Origin: Puccinia triticina
Taxonomy: Eukaryota
Length of the DNA stretch: 64,000 nucleotides
NCBI GenBank assembly: GCA_026914245.1
Contig: CP110439.1
Location: 8,804,001 to 8,868,000, forward strand
Reading direction: 5' to 3'
The position numbers and the translations under genes are program-made. The number at the start of each line of letters is the position of its first letter. Positions within the stretch are counted from its first letter, which is position 1. The notes under the pieces are model-generated. The model searched no databases. It saw only the letters and a program-made list of their open reading frames with translations, and was not told the DNA's origin. Positions 47,012 through 61,410 of the stretch are shown piece by piece.

Positions 47012-50000
47012 TTAACTTGGAACTTCATTTAGTTCTGTGTTATCGACTGCAATACTTTTTGTACAGTTACTCGTTTTATCTACGCGCGGAAAACCATTTT
47101 TTATCCGAAAGTGATAATGAGTACCAGTCTGAACTTGGCCATGGAAGTAACATGAGATCAAAGGAACCGGGCAAAACTCACATATTCCCACCAATCGCCG
47201 TGATAATTCAAACATGTTATTCCTCAGCGAGATAATGATAAATTGCGCATTTTTCGTCTACGTCGGGTTTTGAATCAGGATAAGGTGAAACTCATACTGA
47301 GAAGAAAAAGTAAACAAAACTCAACTCTGTCCTTTATATAATTCCCAATTATCGAGACGTTTCTAAAATCTAGTGCCTATAATATAGGGAAGCGTGAAAG
47401 CAAGGTCAGTTAGGGTAGTTGACGAAGTTGCGATAATAGTATGAAGTAGTGATCAAAACATACCGCATCAATTTCATCCATGAAGTATAGAGGTGTAGGC
47501 TTAAACGCATGTAGCGCAAAAACCAATGCTAGAGAGCTTAGAGTCTTCCATCGTTTTTTTTGCACGCGTGCATAAAGACATGCCGTCAAAATCAAGACGA
47601 ACTATTGGTACATGACTGATATATTTCCACTTGGACTTTGAAGAGATGGGAACATGATTATATTTTTGCTTTACCTTTTCGCCGCCACTTAAATTGGATA
47701 TATTTTTCCAAGACTTCTTAGGTGGCATGACGCTAAAAATGATACCTTCGCTGAATGGATCGAGACTGTCAACCAATTCCAGTTCAGCGTTTCCTCCGAG
47801 TGTGATCATCTGAAACGTAGTTCAACGGCTTAATCAGTTGAAAGATGCCAGATGACCGTGAATGCAACCAACAAGCGGCAATAACGATTTGCGTACTTGA
47901 TACATTTCCTTTAATTTCCCACTGATAATTTGAAAGCCCCACATGAACTCTTCCAAGCGCTGTTGATTCAGATCTTCAAGCAATTGCTTGGCTTCATCTC
48001 GTGCTCGCGTTGTTGCTTCGAGATCAGCAGCTCGCGCCATGAATTCCGCCTCTCTCTGTGCATATTCTTTCAAGACGCCCAAATCGGGAGATGCTCGTTC
48101 CTGGTCCTCTGTAAGTCCAAGATTCAGTGTCATTTTTTTAACAACAATAGCTGAAGCTTCGCCCACCTTCCAATTTTGCTACTTCAGCCTTAGTCAATTC
48201 AGCATCGAAATCTTCAAAGTCTGCAGCAGAGAACTGTTTTAATATTTGAGCGGCTTCTCGTCGCTCTAACTCTTCTTCATCATCTTCACTGTAGTCGAAC
48301 TGAATTAGCTTCTCAAACACCCCGAACAGCACACAGTAGATAAATGATAGCAACATCGGACGTTCAAAACTAAATCAACTCACTCGTCTTCTATCACGTT
48401 TAATCTCAAACTGGCTTGTTTTTCTGTCCAATGGGTTACGTTGGCTGCTGATTGAGCGAGCGCACCTTCCGCTTTTTCTTTTTGTTGCTTCAGCTCAGTC
48501 TGTGTGTCGAAATTAGGGGTGGACATCAGCCATCAATCAACCACAGCAGTCTGTATGTGGAATAATCCCTTAGAAATACTCTTACTTGCTTCAACTGAAA
48601 CACATTCATAATTTTTAGTTTTTCCTTCCGCCTCTCTTGAATGTCTTGAAGGCGCTCCTTCTGTTCTTCAAGCGCCATTCGCGCTTGATCCACTGTGTCT
48701 TTCATTGCTTCGGTCTCCAAGCTATTGCTACTGACCTTTGCTTCCAGCTCGGAAAGTTCACCTTCCAGTACTTCCAATTCATCTGTTGACTTTTGCAAAG
48801 TCTTCTCATGCTTGCCGGTATCTCTTTCGGCTTTGGCTCGTCCGACCTCAGCCTTAGTCAAACGATTATTCGCGTGTTCCACCATTGCCTGGAGGTCCTT
48901 CACTTTAGCTTGCTGGGTTCGAAGCCTAACTCCACCAACCTCGAGGATCTTGCCTTGCAAGTCTTTGATGCTCTGTTCTATTTTTCCGGTTTTCCGTCGA
49001 AGTTCCTCGAGTTCACCTTCGAGTTTTTCCATCACAGATTCCAGATGTTTAACTTGCGCATCATCGCTGGATCCTGCCCGGTCTTCCGATCTTTCAGAAT
49101 CCAACACACAGATCAAATAACCGCAAACGTTTGGCGAATGATCAGGTAAACAAAGAGCAGCCAGGTTAAATACAGATACAATGAAAAAACCCAATCAGCA
49201 ATACACACGAGGTTCAGTTGAAAGAGAGGACAGAAGTGCTTACCCAAGCTCCGCAATTGTTTTCTTCGCCTCTTCTTTCCTCTTTGTAGCCCCCCCAACA
49301 TCCATCTCGAGCTTTGTGATTCGCATCTCCAACTTAGGCGATTCAGATTGTAGTCGCCTCAATTCAGCCTGGATCTCGGATCGGTTTCCACTGTGTTTTG
49401 CGATCTCGGCTTCAGCGATGGCAGTGTCCTTTTCAAGGCGTGCGACCATCTCTTCGGAAATTTCTGTATCATTGCTCGTCATCTTTGAGCTCATTAAACC
49501 ACGCGCGACCCGGGTACCTCCGCCAGACATTGTTCCAGAACTATCGATCAGCTTTCCATCCAGTGTGACGACTCGCCATCGTTTTCCTGAGCCGTTTCCA
49601 AACGCAATCCGATTGGCCTGCGTAAGATCCTTGGCTACTAAAGTATCACGCAGAACATGATAAAATGCGGCTTTGAACTTCGGGTCCTTTGCGGTTACCA
49701 AATCCACAAGCCTCGGTGCACCTTCGGGTGTAGCCGGTGCAGCCGCGGGCGAAGTGGATTTCAAGGCATCGAGACAAATGATGACGGCGCGGCCAGCATT
49801 GGTCTTTTTGAGATGTGCAAGGCATTGCTGACCGGTATCGACGGTATCACATACCAGATTATCCAGCTGGGGACATGCAGTAGAGATAGCTACATCATAC
49901 ACATCATCGATCCGGCCTAGATCACCGAGTCGGCCGAAAAAACCCGGCAATCGACCTTGCTTATGAAGTTTAGAAAGACTCTTGAGTACCTCGTTTTTGG

Positions 50001-52603
50001 ACGAATTTGTGGTACGCGTCGTTTTTGCCTCGTCTGCTCTCTGTCGGGCCGTTGTAAGCTTTGTCCTCAATTTCGCTTCTTCAAGATCCAATTTCTAGAA
50101 GTATTTTATGATCAAAACTTTATTAAATTGGATTGCCCGAGGAGAAGCCAAAATAAAACAAAAATTACCTGGAGCTCTGATGTAGCGCCTTCGATACCCT
50201 GCTGATATTCAGCATGTTCCAGTTTCAATTGCTTCAATTCAGCTTTCTGTTATGTGAAAAGCGCATTACGAGAAATCAGTTGGAATATAGATTTTGTGTG
50301 TCTTTCCTCAAGACTTGGGGTGGGAGGTGCCTCACTTTGGCCTTGGTTTCCTCATCGATCCTAGTGATGGTCTCTTGGGCAGAAGCAAGGGCGGAGCTGA
50401 AATCGGTGGCTTTCTTTAGGAGAAGATCTCTTTCGCTTGTAGCCAAATCAAGCGCCGCTTTTTTACTGGTTACTTGTGCCGCCCACGGAGCTAGTTCGGC
50501 TTGCTTGATCTCTATTTGGTCGGTAAAAACTTGGGTTTTATCTGGTTTTGCGTCGAACTGATTAGTGACTGGGCAATGTGGATAAGACTTGCTACTTACC
50601 TTTCAAGGAATCTCGTATCTGATCCAGTTGTATTTCTTCCTTCTCGATAAGTTTCTCTTTGGATTCCACTTCTACCTTGAGCATTTCGATCTCCTCCTGC
50701 CCGTCACGGATTGTCGCCGCAGCTTCTTTCAAAATGTGTTCATCCTGAATGATCAGATTTTCTTTTGAGCAAAACTTGACGTGAAAAGCGTAAATGGTCA
50801 GATTTGCAATGACCTACCTCGGCAATGCTTTTCTTCAATTTCTTCTGTTTTGTCTTCCCATGCTTCATCTTTTCGGTGAGAGAGACCAATTCTCGCTCCT
50901 TGCGACCCAGCTCCTTGACCAGGGCGTCCGTTTCAACCTCCACTTCTTTGTACTTGCCCTCTTCTTGTTCCAGCTCCACCCTCAACGCTTCATTCTCTTG
51001 TAGATCTCCCGCATGGGCGTCCTCATTTTCCTTCAGTTGGTTGTCGATTGCATTCATCGAACATCGTAGCTTTTCGAGATTGGACTGTCCCGTGTGGATA
51101 TAAAACTGCCAGAGAAGGTTTTGCTGCTGTACGAGGGTGTTCATTCGCGCAAGATACTCATCCGCGACCTTTTTGCGCGCTCCAAGGGCCGCCTTTTCGC
51201 GTTCGACTAGTTTGACTCGTTCCAATTGGTGGGAGCGTTTATTGGCAACCTCTTCTAAAGTTTGTTGAGTTTTCTCGATTGGTTCCTTGAACCGGTTTGT
51301 TCCAATGATATCTTCTAGATATTCCAGAAGGCCTTCATCATGGGCTGTCGTTGCTTTTGGCTTCATCTGTGCAATCGATTCTACTTCTCCTTGTAAGATC
51401 AGAAATCGCTTATGATCGAGATCGATGCCTTTGGCCTTCAACAAAGTTGTCACCTCTGCGAAATTGGAAAGTTTACCACTGGTAGGTAGACGGAGACAAA
51501 GTTAGTGAAGCTGCCGGATCAGGCAGAAGGTAGTGTCCTTACTCGATTGTGTACTTGGACATGTTGTTCCGGGTAGCTATGCGCGCCACGACTAATTTGG
51601 AATTCGGAATGACGTTGAACTCATCAGGTCCATCCTGTGGCTCATTTTTGCAGTCGATCAGTTGGTGCACCGCCGAGTTAGAACAAAAGGTGGGGGGGAA
51701 ACACTGACCAAATCAACGATCGTCTTGAACCATACTTCTACTGAGCAGCTTTCAAAGCCCCCCGGGGGAGATGCTGATGAGTTGTGTATTAATTCTGAGA
51801 CTGTACCCGAAAGCAAGCAGAAAGACAAGGGATAGATCAGCCGACGAGCACCATGACCGAAACGGACAAACGCAGAAATCCTGACGTTTTCCTTGACGCA
51901 TCTTGGTGGCTTTGAATCCAAACACAAATAACAACGCGTCGATGGTATTGGATTTTCCGGATCCGTTGGGACCTACAATGGCTGAAAAGGACTAAAAATA
52001 GATAGAAGAAGTTCATCCTGAGGTGAGTTGTTGGCATCTGGCACAGGTGCATATGAGCAAATCGGAATGAGGCCAAACCTTATGAAATGGCCCAATAACT
52101 TGTCTGCCAGCGTAGCTTTTGAAGTTGACCAATACAATTCTATCGATCACGAGCCTTGGTTCCCCAGCGCGATTGAAATCTTCTAGTGCGAGCTTCATGG
52201 GTGTTAGTGGTTTGCGCCTCATGGGAGGTGTTTTGGGAGGTGTGACTGGATGGCTTGGTGTTTGGGTAAAAGGAAGTGGTGTCGGGGGCGGATGGTTCTC
52301 CGGTTCCTCGGCGGGCGGATGGTTCTCCGGTTCCTCGGCGGGTGGATGGTTCTCCGGTTCCTCGGCGGGCGCGATGGGGCCTGATTTGGACGTGACGGGG
52401 GGTGCGTTGTCTGATTCTCCTGGTTCATCGCCGGTTGGCTCTGGTTCCCCGTTACGCTCAACGGGATCGATTTCCTTTTCATTGCTAGCTCTGGAACGAC
52501 TTGCTGCTGGTGTCGAACGCCGCTGCCGCTTGGCTGGTTGTGGTGGTTCGCTGGCTGACTCGCTTACTGGGGTCCTCGTTGATCGGCGAGTCGCTCTGGC
52601 CAT
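47012..52603 (-). CDS. SMC4: Condensin subunit SMC4, multi-exon
   Basis: NFKSYAGRQVIGPFHK, Walker A GPNGSGKSN, LKAKGIDLDHKRFLILQGEVE, hinge GRLGDLG...WRVVTLDG, signature NLSGGEK, Walker B YFMDEIDAALDF, NAQFIIISLRNNMFEL. Confidence 0.96.
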
Positions 52604-52790
52604 TGAGGTGGGTGTGGGGTGGTGGTATGTAAATATGGATGTATTTATGTTGGTTCAGTTGGAAGTCGAAGAGCAGCCCCCTCGCTTCTGCGGGCCTGGT
52701 GGGCCGGGCCTCTCTGGACGGGCCTGCGCCACTCGCCCACTCTCCACTCGATGCTCCCATTCTGATGGTCCTCAGTTCGAACACTTCACC

Positions 52791-54629
52791 ATGCATTCAG
52801 GCTCGAGACGATTAACCAGGAGTACGTACATCGGCGATACCAGCCCAACCAACGGAAGCAGCAGAAATCGCAAACGGAGGAGTAGCAGCACCGATTCCGA
52901 AAACGGGTGGAGTTGAGTGTTTCTTCTGCGTTGGTGTTGTGGCCTTCGGAGATGGACAGACTATGCAACCCTTTGCTGACCCATTGCCGTATCATCTAGT
53001 ACCGCCCCCACCCCTACTGCCCCTAGGTACCAAGTTCTTGATCACCAGCTCACACACACCTGCCCAGCTGTCACCCCCACTCTCTCCGTCGACCTCAAAT
53101 GACCCGATCTCCACTCAGATTGCCATCGCCCATCTCAAATGCCAACCCTCACACAGCGCTTCCGACCAGCTCAATGGATCAGAGACTATTACCACACCAA
53201 CCCTTTCGGCAAGCTTCAGGATATTGTCCGATCATGAACTCGCCATCCCCCCATCATCGCAAGACCAACAAGATAGCAGCTGTTCAGAATTCATCACACT
53301 AGAAACCAAGTTCTTTACCCAACGCCATCGACAATCTGAGATGATCGAAAAACGTTCAAAGAAACTCGAGAAGGAGAAGCTGCTTCATGAGAGGTTCAAA
53401 CTGAAAAACCGGCTGGAACTATTGATGAACGGATCTGGGCCCGATTGGAAATCCGTTCGGACTTTGACTCTACAAAGGATTAAGGAAGATGAACTGAGAC
53501 AGCGAGCTGCCGGGAATCTTCCACCTCAATCTGATCAGCTCCCTCGCGAGACTGAATACGACAAAGTCGAACGGATGAGACGGATCATGGTTCAGGAGAC
53601 TGAAGAAACACTAAAGAGGTAGCTAGCCAACACTGATACCATCCATCATCATTTCGTTTACGCCTGATGTTCCTCGTTATCTTTCCTAGATACGACAGAC
53701 TACTCGATACGCGAAAAATCTCCAAACCTGTACCAGCAGTTCAATTGACTCAAGTCAAACCTCTAACACCCTCGAAATCGCAAACCAAGTCTACCAAACC
53801 TCGACCAAGCCCCAAACCAACCAAACGCAAATCAACCAACCAGACCTGCTCGGATCCAGATCTTATTCAGAACGGTCAACTGACTGTTCAACCCTCAATT
53901 TCAAAGCTGAAGAGGTATCCAGGTTTCACCATCAAACCCGAACATCGGCTCAGTCAGCCAATCACCAACAATCAACAGTCAACCTCCTCTTCAAGTCCGA
54001 TCACTCTTCCCCAATCCCCTCAAGCCCAATCCTCTCAATCTATCAAGATCGACGAACCTCTATCACGATTACGAGAGTCGCTCTACGATTCACTGTCAAT
54101 CAGAAGATTGGCAACGGATGATCAGATCGTCAACGGACAGAAAAGAGTCGGCCGATCGATTTATGCACTTGGATGTAAATTACCAGATATCAGCAAGATC
54201 CAACTCGACTATTTATCAAGATTGCAAGCGATGGCATCTGAAAAGTGCCCCTCGTCTCACTCCACTCCGTTCGATAGACCCGAGAGAGTGCTCCCGCTCC
54301 ATCAAGCGGACTCGACCTCCAAAAAGAACGATCGAACTGAACCTGCCGATGAGGAGGATGATAAGGATTGGATCGAATTCAATCCGACAGTCAACGAAGA
54401 GAAGGAAATCATCTTGCACCAATCGGAATTTGCAGGGGATTCGAAATTTTTCGAGTTGGATGAAGAAGTAAAATATATCGAAGAGCAAAAGTGGATTCAA
54501 TTTCAAAAAAACCAGCCCGACAAGGAAACGATGGGCCCTCTTTCTGAGGCCTCTCTCCGGCAGATCATCAATGGTGGAAAATCTATTCGCAAGTTAATTG
54601 AAGAACGCATCTCGAGTTGGAATGAGTAA
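52791..54629 (+). CDS. Sas4 (something about silencing 4) domain protein; start uncertain (52791 spliced, or 52963)
   Basis: FFTQRHRQSEMIEKRSKKLEKEKLLHERFKLKNRLELL...GPDW resembles the Sas4 domain. An intron at about 53619-53689 joins the two long ORFs. Confidence 0.65.
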
Positions 54630-55434
54630 AGCTTTCATCCTTGCTTTTTACTACATGTCACAACTTCTGCCTGGGAAATTGTCGCTTCGTCACAGAGACC
54701 ATCTAGTAACTGCTATAAGGAGATCAGATTTTCTGAAACAATTCGAAATGTTGAACTATGTAGTTACTTTGCAAATTTCTTTCTGCCATACTGTAATTTT
54801 TAATGTGAACTCAATGTGATCCATGAATTTCACCCACATCCTGCCAGTGCTACCACAGATGTGGGTTTTTAGGAACCATATAAGAATATAAACCTTTTTA
54901 ACAGTCAAATGTTACAATGAACAACTGCTAGAACAGCCTTTCCAAGCAGGTGTTGGACAGGGTTTGTGCAACAACTTTGACAAGCTGGACTCAGTCAAGT
55001 GTAGTACTGGTTGGGGGTGATCTGTCCTAGCAGTTTTGTTATTGCCTCTTCAAGTATGTATTTGTCAGATAGTGCACCATTGTAAGGCTTATTTCTTCAT
55101 GAGGGATCTTGAAGTAACCACAATTGACTTGAGAAAACATTTCCTGGCCTTGTTTCATATTCAAGCCCTCTTGGTATTTAGAATCTGTGAAATCAAAGTC
55201 TAAGGGAATGATTTGCTTATTTGGTGGTTTTGAAACTAGATTGGGGTAAGGGTGAAAAGCTGTTGCTTTGCTGTGAGAGCTCCTTTGGGATGGGTTGGCA
55301 GTCCTTTGAGGGGGAAATAAAAATATTATATTACAGCTAAGTAATACTACTGTTACCAGTGGTTTGAAAGACCTGCCCCTCTACTATCCTACACAGAATT
55401 CTGACAACCATTTTATTTATTGTTGTGGTGTGAC

Positions 55435-56670
55435 TTTATGATGGGAGGGAACCGGAGCACAGTGGAACAATGTGGAGCAGTTCTTGGACCATTTCAACAA
55501 CACGGCGGCGCAAGAAAACCTGTCTGAGGGGGATAAGGTGAGGCAGGTTGTGAATTTCTTTCTGGAAGGGGAGGAGTTAAAAGAGGTGGAGGAGATGGAG
55601 GGCTTCACCAGGAAGAATTGGCCTAATTTGCGGCAGGAGATCCTGGAGCAATGGGGAGACCAGGGTCCGCAGTATTGGGAATCAGAATGAGAAAAGGTGG
55701 CGGATGACATGGCTATGCAAGGGGGTGTACGGACTCAACCGGAGTATTTGGGGTACATGATGGACTTTGAGTGTGTCCTTTGCTACCTTCAGTGGAAACA
55801 GGTAGTTGCAGAGGAGTTGTCTTCTGTCAAGCAGACTTTCTTGCGCGGCCTCAATTGGGCACTGAGTGAGAAGGTGTTATAAAGGATGAAAAAAACTGGT
55901 CAGATTGGTAAGGACCGGGAAGGAGGGCCAAGGATGGTGCTTCCCAAGCTCAAGGATATATTGCATATGGCAATAAAAGCGGAGTTAGAAGTGATGGAGC
56001 TTATGGACAATAGTACAGGGGTATACCCGTCTTCTCCTCCGGCTGCGGTTCCGGTGCTGAAGGAAATTAGCAAGCTAGCGGATATGCTTAATGAAATTAA
56101 GCTTTTCATGCAAAAGAAGGCTACTAAAGGGCAGCTGGCACCACCTAAGGAGTTAGCAGTGGTTTCAAACACCACAACTCAGGCCTCTGCGGGAGAGGCT
56201 CAGGGTCAGAGCTCCGGAGGGCCTCCGTGTTCAAACAAGGCCCACTGGGGTGTGACTACTGTAAAGAGATGGGTCACATGCGGAATTTATTGTGGACCAC
56301 AAAGTGGTTAAGGTGTGGTGTTGGGTTCAAGCGTTTTTATGGCCTGATAATTCCCTGGTTGAGGGAGGAATTCCAAGAGACGTGGTACACAGAGCAAACC
56401 AGGGATCTGCTAAAGGCAAGGAGACAGTGGCCAAGACAAACATGAGTGCTTTTGCTTGGCGGAAAGGCATGGAAACCGCCGGCAGTGAAACAGGAAGTGC
56501 ATTCCATCAAGACTGGAGAGGTCTTTTTGGGCAAACAGCTGGAAAGGATGGATCTTGATTTGATCCTGTCAAAGCCTCAGCCAAAGGCGACTCTCAGTAA
56601 GGTTCCACCGGCACTGGTGCGGTATACAAAATGGGAAAAATCAAAAGTTTTCTCTCATAAGTATATTTAA
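55435..56670 (+). pseudogene. Degenerate LTR-retrotransposon gag-like relic
   Basis: Fragmented coding-like frames (NVEQFLDHF...GDKVRQVVNF, CDYCKEMGH knuckle-like) broken by stops and frameshifts. Confidence 0.5.
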
Positions 56671-59116
56671 CCAATAGAAGGCCTCGCGGTACATTTCAAC
56701 GGACCCCAGAAATGGATTCTACGGCCAAATCAACTCCTAGTTCCCACTGGAAGCGTAGCCAGAGCCCCACTACACTGGAGGTTAGCCCTTTTGGACAACC
56801 TGTAGCATCTCATCAAAGCCCTGTCACGCATCTCAAGCCACCTTTCCCTCACTTACACATACACTCCCATATGTTCCCCGCTCCACTCTAGCTCCACTGC
56901 ATATATTAGTTTGTATTTGTTTGCCATCTGCATTACATCATGTAGCACTGCCCTGCAACCCCATTGTTTGAAGGGGAATGAGCTGGGAACCAGTGATTTC
57001 CCCCCTGTCCATGGCAGGGGCTAAGTTAGGTTGGCACCTGAGGTGATCCAGATGAGGCCCGGGCTCTGGCTCTTGTGTCATGCGTACGCGGTCACGGCCA
57101 GACCTTGTGGGATTCATATAGGAATACCCCATTGTCAAGGGGGTCAGGAAAGCCCTCTCAGCAGACTTCTTCCTCCCCCCTCAGATCTCCAGAGCCATCC
57201 TCACTTCTGAGTTGCTCTCACATTTAAAAAAAAACCAATAGACTTGCTTGCATTGTTCCACACCTTGGGAGTTTGCTCAGCACTTGTGTGCAAGTGCCAT
57301 CCTTGAACTTGGTCATAGATTTGGTTGGATCTCAGTTACATACTGGTTTGAAGGCAAGTTCACATCTGTCACAACATATTCTGATGATAAGTTGAACAAC
57401 AGTTGATCTGTTGTGTAGTGTATATGTAGAAAGTGCCAGAGATGTTTGCTGAATGTAAGCACAATGTGATTATATATATTCCTTGATTCAAAATTTCAAC
57501 CCAATATTCTAATATGTTGTATGTACATGATGCAGCTCATGCGGGTTTTCAACCCACATCCCTGGTGGTTTCTGGGGAAACACCTTTTCTATAATATCAG
57601 GGGGAATACCCTTCAAAAGGAAGTGTGTGGGCTCAGCTAGCCCTTACTAGTGCCTGTGTCACCATATTGTCAGGTATAAGCAAATCACAAATAAGTAGTA
57701 TGGTACAGGTCCCCTAACATTGTTTGATGAGCTATGTACAAAGGTATCTTCAAGAGTATGATAATCAGGAGCAAAATCCTGATATGCTTTTCCTGGTTTG
57801 AGTCTTTCAAACCAAAGAGGCAGTTGATCCATCAAATATCCGAATCAGAGAGGTGCTGATGTTTGTTTGCCAAGCTTTGTAGGTTACATCAATATCAAAT
57901 ATTGTGCCCTGCATGCACAGTTAATATTTAAGATTAAGCGTAGGACAATGTGTATTGCAAGATGTTTTCAGGGGCATTCTATGATTTTGTAAAATAGATA
58001 ACAGAGAGGTACTGAACAGATGCATACCATTTGTGTCTCAACTCCCCCTGTTTTTCAAAACAATCCAGCTCTAGTCTTTCCAAATCCCCCTTAGTCATGT
58101 CAAACATACTATGCCTTGGTCAATTCATCATACCTATTAGTTCCCACACTCAAGCTTCCTTTCCTGATCACCCACAACAGGCATTCCTGCAGCGAAGTCA
58201 GGAACACATCAATTTCACGTGTGGTGTGCACCCAAGCAGCTGGTTGGAGATCTCAGTCAAGTTCAAAGCTACTTCCTTGGTCCATTGCTAGGTCCTGTGG
58301 GTACCTGCTCAACAACTATAACTGAAGAGGGAATGGAATCTTCTGAAACATCACTTATCAAGGTTAGAGATTTCTTTCACCACCCCAAAAAGCAAGGCAA
58401 TGGGTGCACATTGCCATGCTCAAACATTTATGTAAACCCACTTGTATGTACCACAAATAGAAGTGAAACCTGTGGTGTATATGTTTTTTATTTGCTTCTT
58501 ATCCCTTCCCAAACTTGCCCCTACAAACATCTTATGTTGACATTTGTGACATCTACCTTCAAAAAAAATCTCAAAAGCTTGGAGTTCATTTGAAAATTTC
58601 TTCTTTTCTGTGTCATTGTGAGAATGAATCAATCCAATTTTTCCTCCTATGGCAGGTCACCTGATTTCCAGTTGAAATTTATCCAAACACAGCACTAGTA
58701 TAGCTGTCAATGAATTGAGTTAATTAACCTTTTTTGTAGTTTCAGGCAGAAGTATTCCCAAGTTTTTCAACAGGCTCTCATTACTGAAATTAACTTATAT
58801 GAAAATAGGCAAAAAAGCAACAAACCAGGCAGTGGCCACAGAAATTTCTGAACCATTATGACCTAGGCATTTATCTGCCATCAAATATTCACTTTCAATT
58901 CAAAAGCAAGAAAGAGAAAATTGAAAATACTACCCAGACAGAAAAATTCAAGCCAGCCAACATTTCAGACAGAAGCCAGTAGGTACAAGTGATAAGTTTA
59001 ACATAGAGTAACAGTAAGTATTTATTTGGGGAAAGTAATATGATAGAATTAAAGTATTTTAGACAGGAATACTGTTTTGGAAAGCAACACAAAATTGCTT
59101 ATTTTGCAGCGACAGC

Positions 59117-61410
59117 TCAAGGGACTTGAAATTGTTTTGCCGGGAATTGGTTTTGGAGACAAACAAGGAAGTTGGAGGTAATTGCTTGGGCAAGTTGTGT
59201 TATTTGCAGCCGGTGGAAATTGAAAAGGCAGTTGGGGGTTAGGAAAGCATCAATGAAAACACTATCAATATACGCGCCTGTACTTTTCCAAACAGGTTCC
59301 AAACCCTTGTGTTGAGGAATACTGTTTTTGAAGATGTGTTTGATGGCACCCAAGAATCCCAAAGCTGATGCAACGGAGGCAAACTGACGATTGTTAGGAG
59401 TCAAAATAAGGCCACAAACGCCGGCCACAAGGTAGAGGCAGAACGGGGTATAATTGTGTCGTGAGCGATGTTGGTCGAGTTCCTTCTTTTGGAGAACTAA
59501 GGCTTGACTTTCAGCAGAAGGTGTGTCCGGTTCAGCGTTGGCAAGCGCAGACCCTCTTATGATTGAGTAAGTGATGAATATGTCGATTATCAAGTCATGG
59601 AACTGAATCAGGGGTTTGAGCGACATCTTGTTGTGTATCTTTCCGTCTTCTGCATTCATTTTGGGTGTAGAAGCCTCACAGCTATTGAGATACTCAACAA
59701 TGTGCAAATGGGAGCCAAGGTTTGTGTTGTCCAAGTTGTTGATTGGAGGTGGTTTGACGGCGAATTCCTGTGCAGTCAACTGGATAGAAGATGCAATGCA
59801 GTTTGCCCATCGAGACAAATTGACCTTTGATGGTTTTTGGATTTCGTGAAGTAAGAGGACCAGGGGATATTTGACATGCTTGCTTGCATTCAACTCGGGT
59901 AGTTTTGCCGACTTGAGCTGTGGAATATTGATCAAGCTAGGTGCATACCATGGCTCATCATTGGCCAGTAATAATATGACGTCCACTACCGCTGAACAAC
60001 AAAAACTTTAGCTGGGTGAACTGAAAAGGAGATAAAAACAAGTTAAACTCACAATATGTTTGGATTTCTTTTAGCCATACTTTGTGTGTAGATTTGGACT
60101 GAAACAAGCTGAACTGAGGTAATTCGGGTGGTGGGGTTCTCTTGTGCATGGATTTGGCTTGGCAGTCAATGAATGAATTGACGGAATTATGCGCGGACAA
60201 AATTTTTTGACGATTGAGATGGCCTTGGAAAGTCTTCAGAATGGAATGCACCTCAAACCTGAGCGATTCCTTTTGGATAAAAGTGATGGGACTGGGCTGA
60301 GGTGTAGATGTCAAAGGAGCTGCGGTTTGAGCTGAAGGTGCAGTGGGTGCAGGAGTTGGGCCTCCAGTTGGAGCTGCTCGGAGGGTGATCATGGGAGCCG
60401 GTGGAGGTTGAAGCAGAGGGGCATTGGTGATATTGGCCGGTGGAGGGATGGACGGTCCCGACATTTGAAGGATTAAACCAAGATCCGACGGACTTTTGAC
60501 CCCAGTCAAGGATGGTAAGGCCGGAGGGGGGTTAATTACAGCCCCGGTTGAGGTTGTTATGGACAGATTTGAATTTGACCCGAATGACAACTGGGTGGTA
60601 GCAAGCCCTGGTTCAGTGGTTGCTGCAGTGGAGGTTGAGGAGCTGGTAGGTTTGGGTTGGTGGCCAGGGAAATCTTGAGAGGTTGAAGGTGCTTTTGAAG
60701 AGGATTTCAAAAAAAAAACATTCAAACTTAAGAACATGGGGAATGTGAATAAGAGTGAGTCAGTATGCAAAGCTTACCCATATGTTGTGCGGGTGACTGG
60801 GCATCATTGATGTCTTTGACAGCACCGAGGGGTTTTGGATTGTCTTGGCTGGTTGACGGGGAAACATTGGAGACTTTGGAGGGAAGCTCCGGATGGGGAA
60901 AGTTGATTCCCAACAATGAATTTGTGTCCTCAATGCAGAGACGTTTGGCAGGTGGTTTCGACGCGGAGTGACTTTGAGAGGCCTGGTCTCTGTCCTCGTC
61001 CTCGTCAGACTCATTTGTCAATTCAATAAAATCCTCCGGTGGGATTGGCTTCCCTTCGCGCACATCTGGAAGAATCTGGGGAGTCAGGACTTTACAATAC
61101 GCATGGGGAATGGAATAGAAACTTGATCACCTTGCTTTCTCTTTTGGCACTGGTCATGAATGTTTCGGAGCCCAGAGATGATAGTCGCCGGGGTGACCCA
61201 AATTGACTCCGACAGACCCAAAGCTTGCTGTATAATTTCCTCCAGCTTTGAGCAACTGGTGACATACTCTTTTTTTCCAGCTTGCTTTTGCTCACTACGG
61301 AGGAGGGTTGGTGGAAGACTTGTCTTGTAGTTTGCATAGGCCTCAAGAGACGGTGCCGGTCCTTTGAGGGTATCTAAAGCTACAGATTTCAGAGTGGTAT
61401 TCAGCAACAA
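59117..61410 (-). CDS. Hypothetical multi-exon protein, lineage-specific and probably TE-associated; start not defined
   Basis: Four consecutive minus-strand ORF blocks (61410-61084, 61063-60728, 60770-59958, 59986-59117) separated by GT..AG intron-like gaps. No recognisable domain. Confidence 0.5.

Noticed and set aside
52119..52790. Long + strand ORF with FSGSSAGGW repeats
   Set aside because: Antisense shadow of the SMC4 N-terminal PPAEEPENH repeats.
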